Assembly (NCBI GenBank): GCA_964016885.1
Contig: OZ024748.1
Location: 11,532,001 to 11,596,000, forward strand
From: Eledone cirrhosa
Lineage: Eukaryota
Length of the DNA: 64,000 nucleotides
Direction: 5' to 3'
The translations under genes were made by a program, and so were the position numbers. Below, piece by piece: positions 43,238 to 57,486 of the stretch (position 1 is the stretch's first letter; every line of letters begins with the position of its first letter). The notes below the pieces were generated by a model. The model searched no databases. It was not told the origin of the DNA and was given only the letters and a program-made list of their open reading frames with translations.

Positions 43238-43759
43238 GACCAAAATATCTTCTTGTCATTTTTCTTCTTCAGACACATTTATGCTCTAGTTCTCTCATTT
43301 ATACAGCTGGAATACTCATCGCCAGATTCGACGGAGGTCCAACACATATACCCACAAACAATATATAATGCACACCTACAATATACGATATCTAAGATAT
43401 ATAATGATGCATTACCCAACAACATGTTAACGAAAACATCCATGTATCATTTGTAGCTCACATATCGCCCGAAGGAAATTTATTGCAGGAACACGCCAAA
43501 AAAAATTGGTTTAAATCGAAAATAGAACAAGCGGGTGGGAGAATGAGAGGGGTGGGGGGGTGAATCAGCGAAGAGGAGGGGGGAAACATAGCGAAAGTGA
43601 GATAACAGAAAAGACATATAAGTGTTTATGTAATACTATTTATTACACACAGTAATATACATACATATATACACAAATACGCACACATACACACCTACAT
43701 GATTACATATATGTCTCTCTCTCTCTATATATATATATTTATGGGTGTCTGTGTGTGTA

Positions 43760-43850
<91 letters not shown>

Positions 43851-43906
43851 GTATATACATATCTATATATATCTATATCTATCTATATATATATATACAC
43901 ACATAC

Positions 43907-44019
<113 letters not shown>

Positions 44020-44122
44020 ACGAAAAAAACACAGGAGGTAATTGTACACAGATAGATATATGAGTGCGTATATATATATATATATATGTATACTTATGTG
44101 TAATGCATATATATATATATAT

Positions 44123-44345
44123 ATAGTTAAAGGAATAACCAAAGAGTGCTTAAAAATACATTGTTTTATTAGCTAACAGTGTTTCATCCAGTATTTTATC
44201 CATACCCCATGGCCTGCCATGGGGTCTAATAAAACAATGTATTTCTAAGCACTCTTTGGTTATTCCTATAACTATAACAGCTCTGTAGTATACTAGTGAT
44301 CCTACATGGAGCTAAAACCACACTGTCATACCAAGGGCAATATAT
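44123..44345. mobile_element. Fold-back element: 50-bp inverted arms, a hammerhead 3'-half motif and a tail
   Basis: Arms at 44123-44172 and 44226-44275. Hairpin accccatggc-ct-gccatggggt at 44204-44225. Minus strand reads GAAAC.act.GTT.agc. Confidence 0.65.
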
Positions 44346-44382
44346 CTACATGTCTAGGCATATTGATATATTTGTCAACGAA

Positions 44383-44473
<91 letters not shown>

Positions 44474-44637
44474 TTTAATTATGTCTCATATAAAATAATA
44501 CAACTGGCTATCCGCAAAATACGTATAGTTAGCACCCCAAACGTATAATTGGGATTATACTAAGGTATATCCTAATGTTTGTTGAGTGAGACGGAAGCCG
44601 GTCGGAGTATTGCTTAAAGCTTTCTCTGTTAATGTAT

Positions 44638-44696
<59 letters not shown>

Positions 44697-44704
<8 letters not shown>

Positions 44705-45036
44705 ATACTTTGGGAGGGTCATGTTGCCAATAAGAAACATACGCACCAGTTGCTTCACTTCAATTTATTATAATAAATTTATAAATTTAGGAATTTATAA
44801 ATTTCTGGTTGGTTGGTTGGTTGGTTCCACAACCAGATAGTTGTTTATATATTGTCAAAGTTCTTTCGTCACACATTCTGTAACCTCTTCAGTGACTGGG
44901 GATTCTTTTCTTTGTTTTTGTGCCTCTCTTTTTGTGCCACTCCTTTGTTCTGTCCTACGCCAAAGTATAACAATATCGGTTTCAACACACGATTTCAGAT
45001 AAAGAATCTTGCTAAACAAATTCAGAAACGAAATAT
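44697..45036 (-). mobile_element. Family D element: body inverted (44697-44962), tail in plus orientation (44960-45036)
   Basis: Aligned by eye to 23183-23505. Hammerhead-like motif at 44854-44896 on the minus strand. Confidence 0.75.
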
Positions 45037-45434
45037 ATATATATATATATATTTATTAAAATAACAGATTAAAGTTTAAGCAAAGAATCGCTGCATTCAC
45101 CCATATATACGTGTATGTGTTTGCATGTATGTGTGTGTATGTTTGTGTGTGCATGTATGTGTATGTTTGTGTGTATGTTTGTGTATGTTGTGTGATAGGA
45201 AGAGATGGAGACTACGCAGGTATGCACACGCTGCTTCAGATGCTCAGCTTTGTGTCCTTAGTGACATGGCTAAATCTAAGGTATTCACAGCCTGAAGTGA
45301 AACAGATGAAACTTCAACGTGTTTAGTTCTGGGAATAAGTTTTCGAAAGAAACTTATTTCCAGTAGAAAAGAACGAAACAAAAGAAAATAACGAAGAGAA
45401 AAAGGAAAGAAAGAAAGAGTAAAAGAAAGAAGGA

Positions 45435-45466
<32 letters not shown>

Positions 45467-45597
45467 AGGTGAATAGCGTGAAATTAAAGAAAGAATGGGT
45501 TAGAGAACAAAAAAGACACAGAAGTGATGATATTCAAAATTAAGATTTTGTTGAAGAAAAATATCGATGGAAAATTACGTGGAGAATTTAGTGTGTT

Positions 45598-45693
<96 letters not shown>

Positions 45694-45727
45694 TGTGTGT
45701 GTGCATATATGTGTGTGTGTGCATATA

Positions 45728-45782
<55 letters not shown>

Positions 45783-45800
45783 GTATATTATATATATATA

Positions 45801-45853
<53 letters not shown>

Positions 45854-45859
45854 GTATTT

Positions 45860-45896
<37 letters not shown>

Positions 45897-45915
45897 TATA
45901 TATATATATATATAT

Positions 45916-46094
45916 AGGAACGAGTAGGACCCCGACGGCTGAGCTCAAGCCGTCGAGTCCAGAATTAGCCGTCGAAACGGCTTGAGCTCAGCCGTCGGGG
46001 TCCTACTCGTTCCTATTACCCACTCTACTACCCGAAGTATTGAGTACTTTGGTGCGTTATGGTCCACCTGGTTCCTTACCACATTTCCTTCGTT
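45916..46094 (+). mobile_element. Family A fold-back element
   Basis: Short inverted arm 45916-45954, long arm with tail to 46094, (TA)n on both sides. Confidence 0.8.
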
Positions 46095-46096
46095 AT

Positions 46097-46130
<34 letters not shown>

Positions 46131-46154
46131 TTATATATATGTAAATACATATAT

Positions 46155-46201
<47 letters not shown>

Positions 46202-46202
46202 A

Positions 46203-46275
<73 letters not shown>

Positions 46276-46393
46276 AATTGAGATTGAATTATTTTCTCAT
46301 ATCTTACGCTAAATATTTTCCATCTTGACGTAATAGTCACTTATATGTATGAATTACTGTTGGCTTCTTGCTCACATTAATTTCTCTATTTTC

Positions 46394-46457
<64 letters not shown>

Positions 46458-46658
46458 TTATATGTATATATATATATGTATATGTATATGTATATATAAA
46501 CCAATCAACACCTCCAGGCGACAAAATGATTCATCTTTTTTTCGCCTGTAGGTTGGCACGTAGTGAGAGAAGTAACGAAGTGTACCATTAACTTCGAGCG
46601 AAAGAATAAACTCAGCTACATCTTAGTCATATATATATATATACAAACACACACGCAC

Positions 46659-46696
<38 letters not shown>

Positions 46697-46775
46697 GTGT
46701 GTGTGTGTTTGTATATATATATATATATATATGGAATAAGGAAAAGCGAAGTAGTTTCAGATGTTCAAGTCCTTT

Positions 46776-46967
46776 AATAATAATTGTTTCTATTTTAGGC
46801 ACAAGGCCAGCAATTACCCAGTGCATTACTGGTACTTTATTTTATCGACCCCGTAAGGATGAAAGGCAAAGTCAACCTCGGCGGGATTTGAACTCAGATT
46901 GTAAAGGGACGTAACTATGCTAGAAAGCATGGCGTCCGACCCTCTACCGATACTGCCAATCCAACGC
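46776..46967 (-). mobile_element. Full-length tRNA-derived SINE
   Basis: Near-identical to 61905-62098. Confidence 0.85.
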
Positions 46968-46973
46968 AATAAT

Positions 46974-47047
46974 GCTGTGATATATATTTCAATGGCGACA
47001 CTGGCCACACTGTTCTGTGTGCGAGTGTCGTGACATCATCAGACAGC
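46974..47047 (-). ncRNA. Type I hammerhead ribozyme (Family F)
   Basis: gctgt-CTGATGA-tgtca.cgacact...agtgtcg.ccatt-GAA-ATATATAT-C-acagc: perfect 5-bp stem I and palindromic stem III. Confidence 0.75.
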
Positions 47048-47137
47048 TTGTTAGATAATAAGGTTATGTTTCCGAGGCAATCCAAATTGAATCGACATGG
47101 GAACGGATGAAATGCGTGCTTTTGGGTTTATCACCCG

Positions 47138-47189
<52 letters not shown>

Positions 47190-47205
47190 GTGTGTGTGTG
47201 TTTGT

Positions 47206-47238
<33 letters not shown>

Positions 47239-47253
47239 CAAACACACACACAC

Positions 47254-47288
<35 letters not shown>

Positions 47289-47399
47289 TGTAATAAACAG
47301 CATAAGACAATTATTCCATTTACCAAAGGTTTCACGAAGACAGACAAGCTGACGTCTGAAATCGTTCGTTCGTCAGAATGAAATATACATGCTGTGTTA

Positions 47400-47622
<223 letters not shown>

Positions 47623-47700
47623 GGGAAGTGTAACGTGCAGCTACTGTAGGTTCACCCGGGTGAGTAACGAGATTCATTCTGTCATTACAACAGCAGAGGC

Positions 47701-47787
47701 CTGATGAGCTTTTGAATCCAGACTCGAGCCAGATCCATACAGATAGAACATTGAGCTGATCAATAGCGAAACACGTGCGTCACTACT
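47701..47787 (+). ncRNA. Hammerhead core with disrupted stem I (Family G), in a ~180-bp island between (TA)n tracts
   Basis: CTGATGA-gcttttga...tcaatagc-GAA-AC.acgtgc.GT-C-actact, then aataaa. The 5' strand of stem I does not pair. Confidence 0.55.
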
Positions 47788-47833
47788 TAATAAACGAAAT
47801 GATATATATATATACATCTATAATTATATATAT

Positions 47834-47908
<75 letters not shown>

Positions 47909-47936
47909 TATATATATATGTGTGTGTATATATATA

Positions 47937-48081
<145 letters not shown>

Positions 48082-48098
48082 GTGTGTGTATATATATA

Positions 48099-48197
<99 letters not shown>

Positions 48198-48291
48198 CAT
48201 ATTACAATATCTGTTGAATAACTGAATGAGACTTCAAAGTTTCAGTTTAACAGCTTCATTTGGTTGCGTCACGTGGTGGTTTTCGATGTCT

Positions 48292-48349
<58 letters not shown>

Positions 48350-48562
48350 GAAATGTTATTTCACGAAACATTACTCTCTGTTTCTCGTGTCCGATATCTG
48401 ACCAATTATGAAAAATGGATTATACAAGTGTTATACACAAATATACAATGGAGATATTGGAACAACGTAACAAACGTTGATTGGATAGAATTGAACAAAA
48501 GGATCGCATTGCATGACGATTTAATGTTTATTTTATTTGTGTGTGTATATATATATATATAT

Positions 48563-48628
<66 letters not shown>

Positions 48629-48638
48629 ATATATATAC

Positions 48639-48727
<89 letters not shown>

Positions 48728-48760
48728 TATACAGATACATATATACAGATATATATATAC

Positions 48761-48797
<37 letters not shown>

Positions 48798-48823
48798 TAT
48801 ATAATACACACACACACATACAT

Positions 48824-48895
<72 letters not shown>

Positions 48896-49445
48896 GAATT
48901 TATATATGTGTGTGTTCAACGTCAAACAGTTTTATCTCTTCACAACTAATCGATTTGACTAGCTTGTCACTGTTGTCTTCCCATAACAGTTCAGTTAATT
49001 ATGTGGTTAAAACGCCATAACACATTTCTAGTATCAGCCAAACTAATTCAGATGACGTTTTATGCTTTCGAACCAGTCATCTGTGATCATCCGATAAAGT
49101 TTATTTGGAAAAAGGTATGTGTACTAATACACACTCTCAAAGAGAGAAAGGTGACACAGGGGGGAGATAGGGAGAGAGGGAGGGGCAGAGAGAGAGGGGG
49201 GAGGTGGAGATATAGAAAGATGGGGAGAGAGGTAGAGAGAAAAAGTGAGAGACAGGTAGAAAGACAGAAAAAAGGAAAGAAAGAAAGAAAGAGGAAGAGG
49301 GAGAAAAACGATGGAGAGAAAGGGGTAGAGAGAAATGAAGAGGAAGAGGGAGTAGATGCAGGGACACTGACACTCAAACACAAACGTATCCCTGAATACA
49401 AAACACTATTTGCCACGTTTCTATCGAACGTATAGATGTTCACAC

Positions 49446-49484
<39 letters not shown>

Positions 49485-49591
49485 TATCTATGTATATGTA
49501 TATATATATATATAATAGAAAAAACGAGGAAGTTTCGTTTACATATGAAAAATATTTATTGCGTATTGACCTGTTACGCGAGTTACTACCT

Positions 49592-49686
<95 letters not shown>

Positions 49687-49700
49687 GTAGATAGATAGAT

Positions 49701-50090
49701 ATGTTTCTTTATTAGCCACAGGGGCACAAAAGAAGGGGACAAATACAAAGGGGGAAGTTTACATACAATATAAACGTGTAAAATATTATCACAAATGCAA
49801 TTTAAAAAATTAGTCGATTTTCCCCAATAGGGGGAGACAGTTCATATGGGTAACACATACCCCCGAAAAAAAAATGTGCAACCCTCATCTCCAGGAATAC
49901 GAAGAGTTTGTACTCCTTTCCTCTCCTCCTCCTTTTCCTCAACCTACAGGCTGATATAGAGAGAAGGCCCATTCACTCGGGCCATTCTCGCCACTTTCAC
50001 CCACCTTTCATAAAACTTGCTGGGGTACAGCACCTCTCTCTCCATCCTGATTATTCTTCCAAAGTGGTATTTGAAAAAAAGAATCAGATG
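49701..50090 (-). mobile_element. L1/Tx1-like LINE 3' end, between (GATA)n tracts
   Basis: LILFFKYHFGRIIRMEREVLYPSKFYERWVKVARMARVNGPSLYISL*. The 3' UTR ends gtggctaataaagaaa. Homologous to 57612-57970. Clade assignment is tentative. Confidence 0.6.
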
Positions 50091-50202
<112 letters not shown>

Positions 50203-50479
50203 TTATATATATATTTAAGCTCATACACGGAACTAAAGCGCTACCTTAGGTTTCAAGGTCTCATCCTGGACTGAGCTCTTTTTTCCATTTTCACAGATAT
50301 GGATATATTTATATATATGTAGTGGTGATGTCGGTGTTGATGGTGATGTTGATGATGGTGGTGGTGGTGGTGGTGGTGGTGGTGGTGATGGTGGTGGTGG
50401 TGGTGGTGGTGGTGGTGGTGGTGGTGGTAGTGGTGGTGGTGGTGGTGGATGGTGGATTTGGTGTTGATAGGTTTGTTAT

Positions 50480-51230
50480 TTTGCTACACCTATCAGTCTA
50501 TCCATCTTTCCAACTGGTCAACCAGCCAGCCATCAAATTTACCAATTCAACCAACTGCCTGTCCATTCAACCATCTAACCATCCATCCTACATCCATCCA
50601 AGCAGCCCTCTCTAGCCATCCAACCAATCACCTAACCAGCCATCCAGCCATTCAAACCATCCACCCATCCATCAAACCTATCAATTCAGCTAACTAACCA
50701 TCTATTCAACTGTCTATTCAAACAAACCTTCCATTTAACCATCCAACCGTCCAAACATCCAAACATCCAACCATCCAACCATCCAACCATCCAACCACCA
50801 ACCACCCAACCATCCAACCAAGCTACCATACAAACACCCAACCATCCAACCAAGCAACTATCTAACCACCCAACCATCCAACCAAGCAACCATCTAACCA
50901 CCCAACCATCCAACCAAGCAACTATCTAACCACCCAACCATCCAACCAAGCAACCATCTAACCACCCAACCATCCAACCAACCAACCACCCAACCACACA
51001 TCCACCCAACCATCCAATTACACAACCAGCCTATCATCCAACAACCCAACCACCCAACCACCCAACCACCCAACTATCCAACCATCCAACCTCCCAAGCA
51101 TCAAACCATCCAACCAGCCACCCGACACACCATCAAACCGACCACCCGTCCAACCAACTAACCATCCAACCAAATAACCATCCAACATACCATCCAACCA
51201 TCAGTCGAACCCACTCCACCTTCCTCCCAT
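50480..51230. repeat. Degenerate (CCAA/CCAT)n region with an internal ~32-bp tandem unit
   Basis: ccaaccatccaaccaagcaacyatctaaccac repeats at 50838-50970. Confidence 0.8.
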
Positions 51231-51977
51231 TCAAGCAACCATTGACAACAACACATCAAATGGGACATTAAGAAGACATGATCTGCTTGATGTGTGACAA
51301 ACAATTCAAAGATATTGGCTGAGATATTAATTTCCGGTGAGTGACATAACCCCGATTCGGGAATGTTAATGATTGGAATTTGATATGAAAGAATTTAAAC
51401 TAATCTAATCTGGCCGAGTTTATACTCTTAAATAAGAAGAACCAGGGCCACCCCTAGGAGCATTGGATTTGTTGTACTTCATATTTGTTTCGGTTGCTGA
51501 ATACAATCAGGGGTTGATGCTTCTCCTGAAGGTCAATAGTTTTCTTCTAACTCGAGCGGGAGCGCCTTTACATTGTCAATTTGCATTGATCATCTGCAAA
51601 GCCACATTGTTCTCAGAACCACTACACCAGTCTTTCGATGTGTGCAGCTGGAACTACTGCCAGCCATTGATTTGGCAGGATTTTTTTTTTTTTAGATGCC
51701 GTTGACTCTTATGAGTTCTTACGCCCTTTGTGCGAAAGAAGAAACCGCTTAATGGAATAATTCTCTTGTTGTATCTCTGGTATGTTTCCCAGGCATGCTG
51801 TTATCTCTCTGGTATGTTTCCCAGGCATTCCGTTATCTTTGATATGTTTCCCAGGCATGTCATGTCATAAATTGTGGATAAAAATGCTAAACATGTGGCA
51901 CATGAAGCAGAAAACATCGAAGACATGCAAAAAAAAAACAATAATAATTATTATTATGATGATGATTATTATTATTA

Positions 51978-52272
51978 AGTATCGGTAGAGGTTCTGACGC
52001 CGTGCTTAGCAGCCAAGAGTTACGGCCGTTTACGGTCTGAGTTCAAATCACGCCGAGGTTAACGTTGCCTTTCACCCTTACAGGGTCGATAAAATAAAGT
52101 ACCAGTAATGTACTGGGTCAATTTAATCGACTTTGCACTCCCCTTCAAATTGCTGGCCTTGTGCCTAAAGTAGAAACAATTATTAAGTATCGGTAGAAGG
52201 TCTGACGCCATGCTTTGCAGCATAGAATTACGACCCTTTACGGTCTGAGTTCAAATCCCGCCAAGGTTAATT
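51978..52272 (+). mobile_element. One near-complete plus one partial tRNA-derived SINE
   Basis: gagttcaaatc occurs twice, the central domain once. Confidence 0.8.
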
Positions 52273-52931
52273 TTGGTATATATACACTTTTGGTGAAAGA
52301 ATAGTGAAGAAGCTACAGAGAAAAATCTGTTATGTAAGAAATTTATCTATGCATAGCTGTAAAAATTAAATAAAATTCCAACTTCAAATCGAATTGGGGA
52401 TAACAACGGTTAATGCTCTGAAATTGATTCTCAGAATCTCAGTTTCATAGAGATATTACAGAAGAATAAAAGTGTTCCCTTCATTAAATTATCCGGGACA
52501 CTGCGAAACTCATCGACATAAATCCAATTGACACCGTAAAGAGTCTCGGTACTTTGGTTAAAAACTGAAAACGTGTGGGTAGGAAAAGGTAGAATAAAAA
52601 AAGGAAAGTGACAGAAGGTTGGAAATACAAGTAGTTGGAAGAAAGTGTTAATAAAAGCAATAGAACATGTCTATATGTGGAATTTAAATGTAAGAAGTTT
52701 TGCATAACTACCATAAAAAATTAAAAATGAAGGTTATGCTCTAAAGTAACATGAAAATCATAGAAATATATATAGGTGTGTTTAAAAAATAAAATCAAGC
52801 TACGTAGAATATGTTAAACCTCGAAGAATTTGAAGATGACAAAAAGAAAAGGAAATAAAAATCAAAGAGAACTTTTGAATAAAAAGTAGAATTAAATAAA
52901 TATGAAAGTATATAAAGAAGGAAAATGTTGG

Positions 52932-53011
<80 letters not shown>

Positions 53012-53282
53012 TGAAGTAATTCCGTCGGAAAAAGAAACCACTGGTAAATGGAATAATTGCCTTACTTACATGTATATCACCAGCTGTTGTCAAAAGCAAT
53101 TGCTTTTGACAACAACTGGTGATATACATGTGAGTAAATATTTTCCTTATCTGATATTTTGTAACTAACCTTACATAGATCGATAACGAAGTATGGTTAC
53201 GATGTATTATCAACACCTAGAAACGATCGTAAAGCAGTGAAGTATATTTCTAGTGACTTGATTTTTTATTTCATTGTTTTAA

Positions 53283-53366
<84 letters not shown>

Positions 53367-53433
53367 AATATAAATTTAGCGAGAATCGCATTTCGACGGG
53401 TAGAAATTATATATAAAGAAGGAAAATATTGGG

Positions 53434-53494
<61 letters not shown>

Positions 53495-53507
53495 TATATA
53501 TATATAA

Positions 53508-53623
<116 letters not shown>

Positions 53624-53683
53624 CCCAACATTTTCCTTCTTTATATACTTTCAGATTTATTTAATTCTACTTTTTATTCAAAA

Positions 53684-53757
<74 letters not shown>

Positions 53758-53766
53758 GTATATATA

Positions 53767-53830
<64 letters not shown>

Positions 53831-53906
53831 AGTGTGTATGTGTAAGTATATGTATATATATATATATATACATACACACACACATACATATATATATACA
53901 TGTATA

Positions 53907-53948
<42 letters not shown>

Positions 53949-53973
53949 CATATATATATATATATATATAAAT

Positions 53974-54005
<32 letters not shown>

Positions 54006-54100
54006 GTGTATATATATGTATACGTATACATACATATATATATATATGTGCGTATATTGTGTATATATATAGAGATAAATTGATAGATAGAAATATAGAA

Positions 54101-54211
<111 letters not shown>

Positions 54212-54918
54212 GTGTGTACAGTTAAAGTTTTAAAAAATTATACATTTGGGGTAAGTAAGATAGAGATAAAAAATGGTGGTACGTGACAAAACAAAAATGA
54301 AGGCAAATATGATAGAAATCTATTAATATTATTCCAATTCTCAAAGGAAGCAGAAACATTTGCGACGTGATTGTTAATAAGTTGGAAAGAAGAAATGGAA
54401 AATTAACGTCAAGGAGACGACGACATTTTTTTAGTGCCTAAGAAGTTGAATTATTCAAAGCTACAGTGGAATCAATCTGTTTTCCTATGAATCAACGTCG
54501 GCCATCTTCTTCTTCTTCTTCTTCTTCTTCTTCTTCTTCTTCTTCTTCTTCTTCTTCTTCTTCTTCTTCTTCTTCTTCTTCTTCTTCTTCTTCTTCTTCT
54601 CTCCTCCTCCTCCTCCTCCTCCTATTTCTTCTTCTTCTTCTTCTTCTTCTTCTTCTTCTTCTTCTTCTTCTCCTCCTCCTCCTATTTCTTCTTCTTCTTC
54701 TTCTTCTTCTTCTTCTTCTTCTTCTTCTTCTTCTTCTTCTTTTCCTCATATTTCTTCTTCTTCTCCTCCTCCTCCTCCTCCCCTCCTTCTCCTCGTCCTT
54801 CTTGCCCATGAGTAGGTCTCAGGTTGAAGTAGTTCACCTGATCTAGGTCAGAGCCTTCTGACCAGTTCCCATCACCAGAACTTTAGATGGTTGCTACACA
54901 CGAATGCCAAAAAGGATA

Positions 54919-54963
54919 TTCCTGATGATTTCATACGAATGAAACAGTTCTAGTCCCGTAGAA
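54919..54963 (+). ncRNA. Type I hammerhead (Family B), slightly decayed
   Basis: ttc-CTGATGA-tttc.atac.gaat-GAA-ACAG.ttctagtc.CCGT-A-gaa, followed by the family tail to ~55052. Confidence 0.65.
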
Positions 54964-55318
54964 GCCATTTCTATATCATATATGACATTTATACTCTACT
55001 AATGTATTGAGTACCTTTTAAACTGTGGTTACTCTCGTTTTAACTCGGGATCTACACACACATATATACGGGTTTGTGAGTATTGATTTATTATTTTTTA
55101 GATCGTACAGGCAAACTATATGTATTTGAATTAAGATATTTCTTCCTAACCATTTTACTAGTCAATTGCAACTAAAACATGTAAATGTTTATCATATATT
55201 AATTTATACTGCTCAGAAGCGATTCTTAGAGCTGAAATAATTGTAAATGACCCCATTGAGTGTAAACTCTAAGTTATATTATATATATATATTTATTTAT
55301 TTACACACACACACACAT

Positions 55319-55361
<43 letters not shown>

Positions 55362-55447
55362 CTTCAAGAGATAAGAGTAACATGGTTGTCTGTACAATAA
55401 GTGTTTTATTCACGGTGCTATAACGAAAACTTGTTATCCCGTATATA

Positions 55448-55510
<63 letters not shown>

Positions 55511-55526
55511 TATGAAAAGTAGTTTT

Positions 55527-55785
55527 CATATGTTGATTTAAAACTGCACTATCCACAACTGTTTTTTAACCTTCATATCATGTCTTCATATTTTATCTGA
55601 TGAAAACACAAATGTTATTGCATGATGATATTTGTTTTTGAAATGCGCATAATAAAATACATGGAACTCTTTTAACCATCTTTTGATCTTATATATTATG
55701 TATACTCCAGTCCTACATACTGTAGAGTGCTTCTTATCCGATATCTGCTTTGCTTTATTGTACTACAATAAAACTCACCTCCTAC
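55527..55785 (+). mobile_element. Family C hammerhead-bearing element in (TA)n
   Basis: Reverse complement of 22793-23051 with few differences. Confidence 0.8.
55589..55659 (+). ncRNA. Type I hammerhead ribozyme (Family C)
   Basis: tattttat-CTGATGA-aaacacaaat...atttgttttt-GAA-ATGCGCAT-A-ataaaata. Predicted cleavage after 55651. Confidence 0.82.
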
Positions 55786-56179
55786 ATTATAAATATATAT
55801 ATATATATATTTTTTATTTTTTTTATGCATTTATATATATATATGTGTGTATGTGGTGTCTATATATATATATGCACACACACACATTAAACCGAACTTC
55901 AAATCGTGACATGTTATTAGTGGGAGGTTTTCTGGTAGTAAAATATAGGAAAAAGGAGAAAGAAAGAGGTATTTATTCTTATGCAATGCTTTGTGTGAAG
56001 TATTGATAAGATTAATTTCCTGTTATATGTCCATTGTACAGTCATGTGGGTGTTATATAATAATCGTTAGCACAATCACAAATCAGGTTTGATTAATGAC
56101 TCGAGAGAAATGAAATAGTAAATTATCTAACATAAAATTAGGTTATAAAATCACACACACACATACACACAACACACAG

Positions 56180-56222
<43 letters not shown>

Positions 56223-56380
56223 CAGCGATTCTTTGCTTAAATTTTAATGTTATTTTAATTTTATTTTAATTTTTTTTAATATGTATATATATATATGTAT
56301 TTTTTTTAAATATGTATATATATATATGTATGTATATATATAAAGAAAGTGAAGTGGGAGAAGTATATATATATAGATAG

Positions 56381-56481
<101 letters not shown>

Positions 56482-57010
56482 TGAGTGTGTGTGTACATAT
56501 ACATAAATTTATACGTCTCGGTAAATGCATATAAATATAGATATATGTGTGTGTTTGTTTGTGTGTTATTGTGTGTGTGTTATGTGTGTGAGCTGTGTAT
56601 ACACATTTAGATGAAAACAGAGTGTTGATTTTGAAACATTTACACTTACATATACAAACAAGCATATTATCATACATTTACCCACGCTTATACACATAGC
56701 ACAAAAAGATAACCCCAAAAGGTAACACACACCTGAGACCGGAAAGTACTACTTTAAGTATAACCGGAACCAATCTTGACAAGGCTTTTCTTTACTCTCA
56801 CGGAACCAGCAGCTGCCGTCGTTACCGAGACGAGAAGCTGCATATATTGCGACAGTCAGTTATATCTTTTCGAAAATGTTCGGTTAGCAAATAAAAAAAT
56901 GATATCCCTTTGTAAGAGGTGTGTGTAAAGAAACATGTATTGTGTAGAAGTCAATTTAATCAATTTAACATACTTGTGTCCGATTATATTCCACACACAC
57001 CCACGCACGC

Positions 57011-57079
<69 letters not shown>

Positions 57080-57124
57080 CGTGTGGACGTACGTATGTAT
57101 GTGTGTGTGCATTGTATACGAATG

Positions 57125-57177
<53 letters not shown>

Positions 57178-57486
57178 ATGTATGTATGTATGTATGTATG
57201 TATGTATGTATGTACGAATGTATGTACAACGTACATATGTATGTGTATAACCGGAATATCTCTAAATGGTAATTAAATTCCATTTGATGATTAATGAAGA
57301 CAATTTGTGTCTTTAGAGTTATTTATCAAAATCTATTAAATCGATTTTATGTTTTAATTTCGAGGGGAGAAACATTTGTCCATCTATTGTATTTTTCAGA
57401 GCTGCTGTGTTATTATTATTATCAATGAAATAAATAAATAATCAAATAAACAATAAATAAAGAAAGCATTATTATTATCATTATTG

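Noticed and set aside
45198-45218. Possible 21-nt micro-exon (tag|GAAGAGATGGAGACTACGCAG|gtatg)
   Set aside because: No polypyrimidine tract or companion exons. It cannot be supported without RNA-seq.
51470-51670. Minus-strand GFADD, a possible degenerate RT fragment
   Set aside because: Surrounding frames have stops and only vague similarity.
54878-54916. RTLDGCYTRMPKR, resembling an RTE-type LDG.YTRMLR motif
   Set aside because: Only 13 codons, too short to call.
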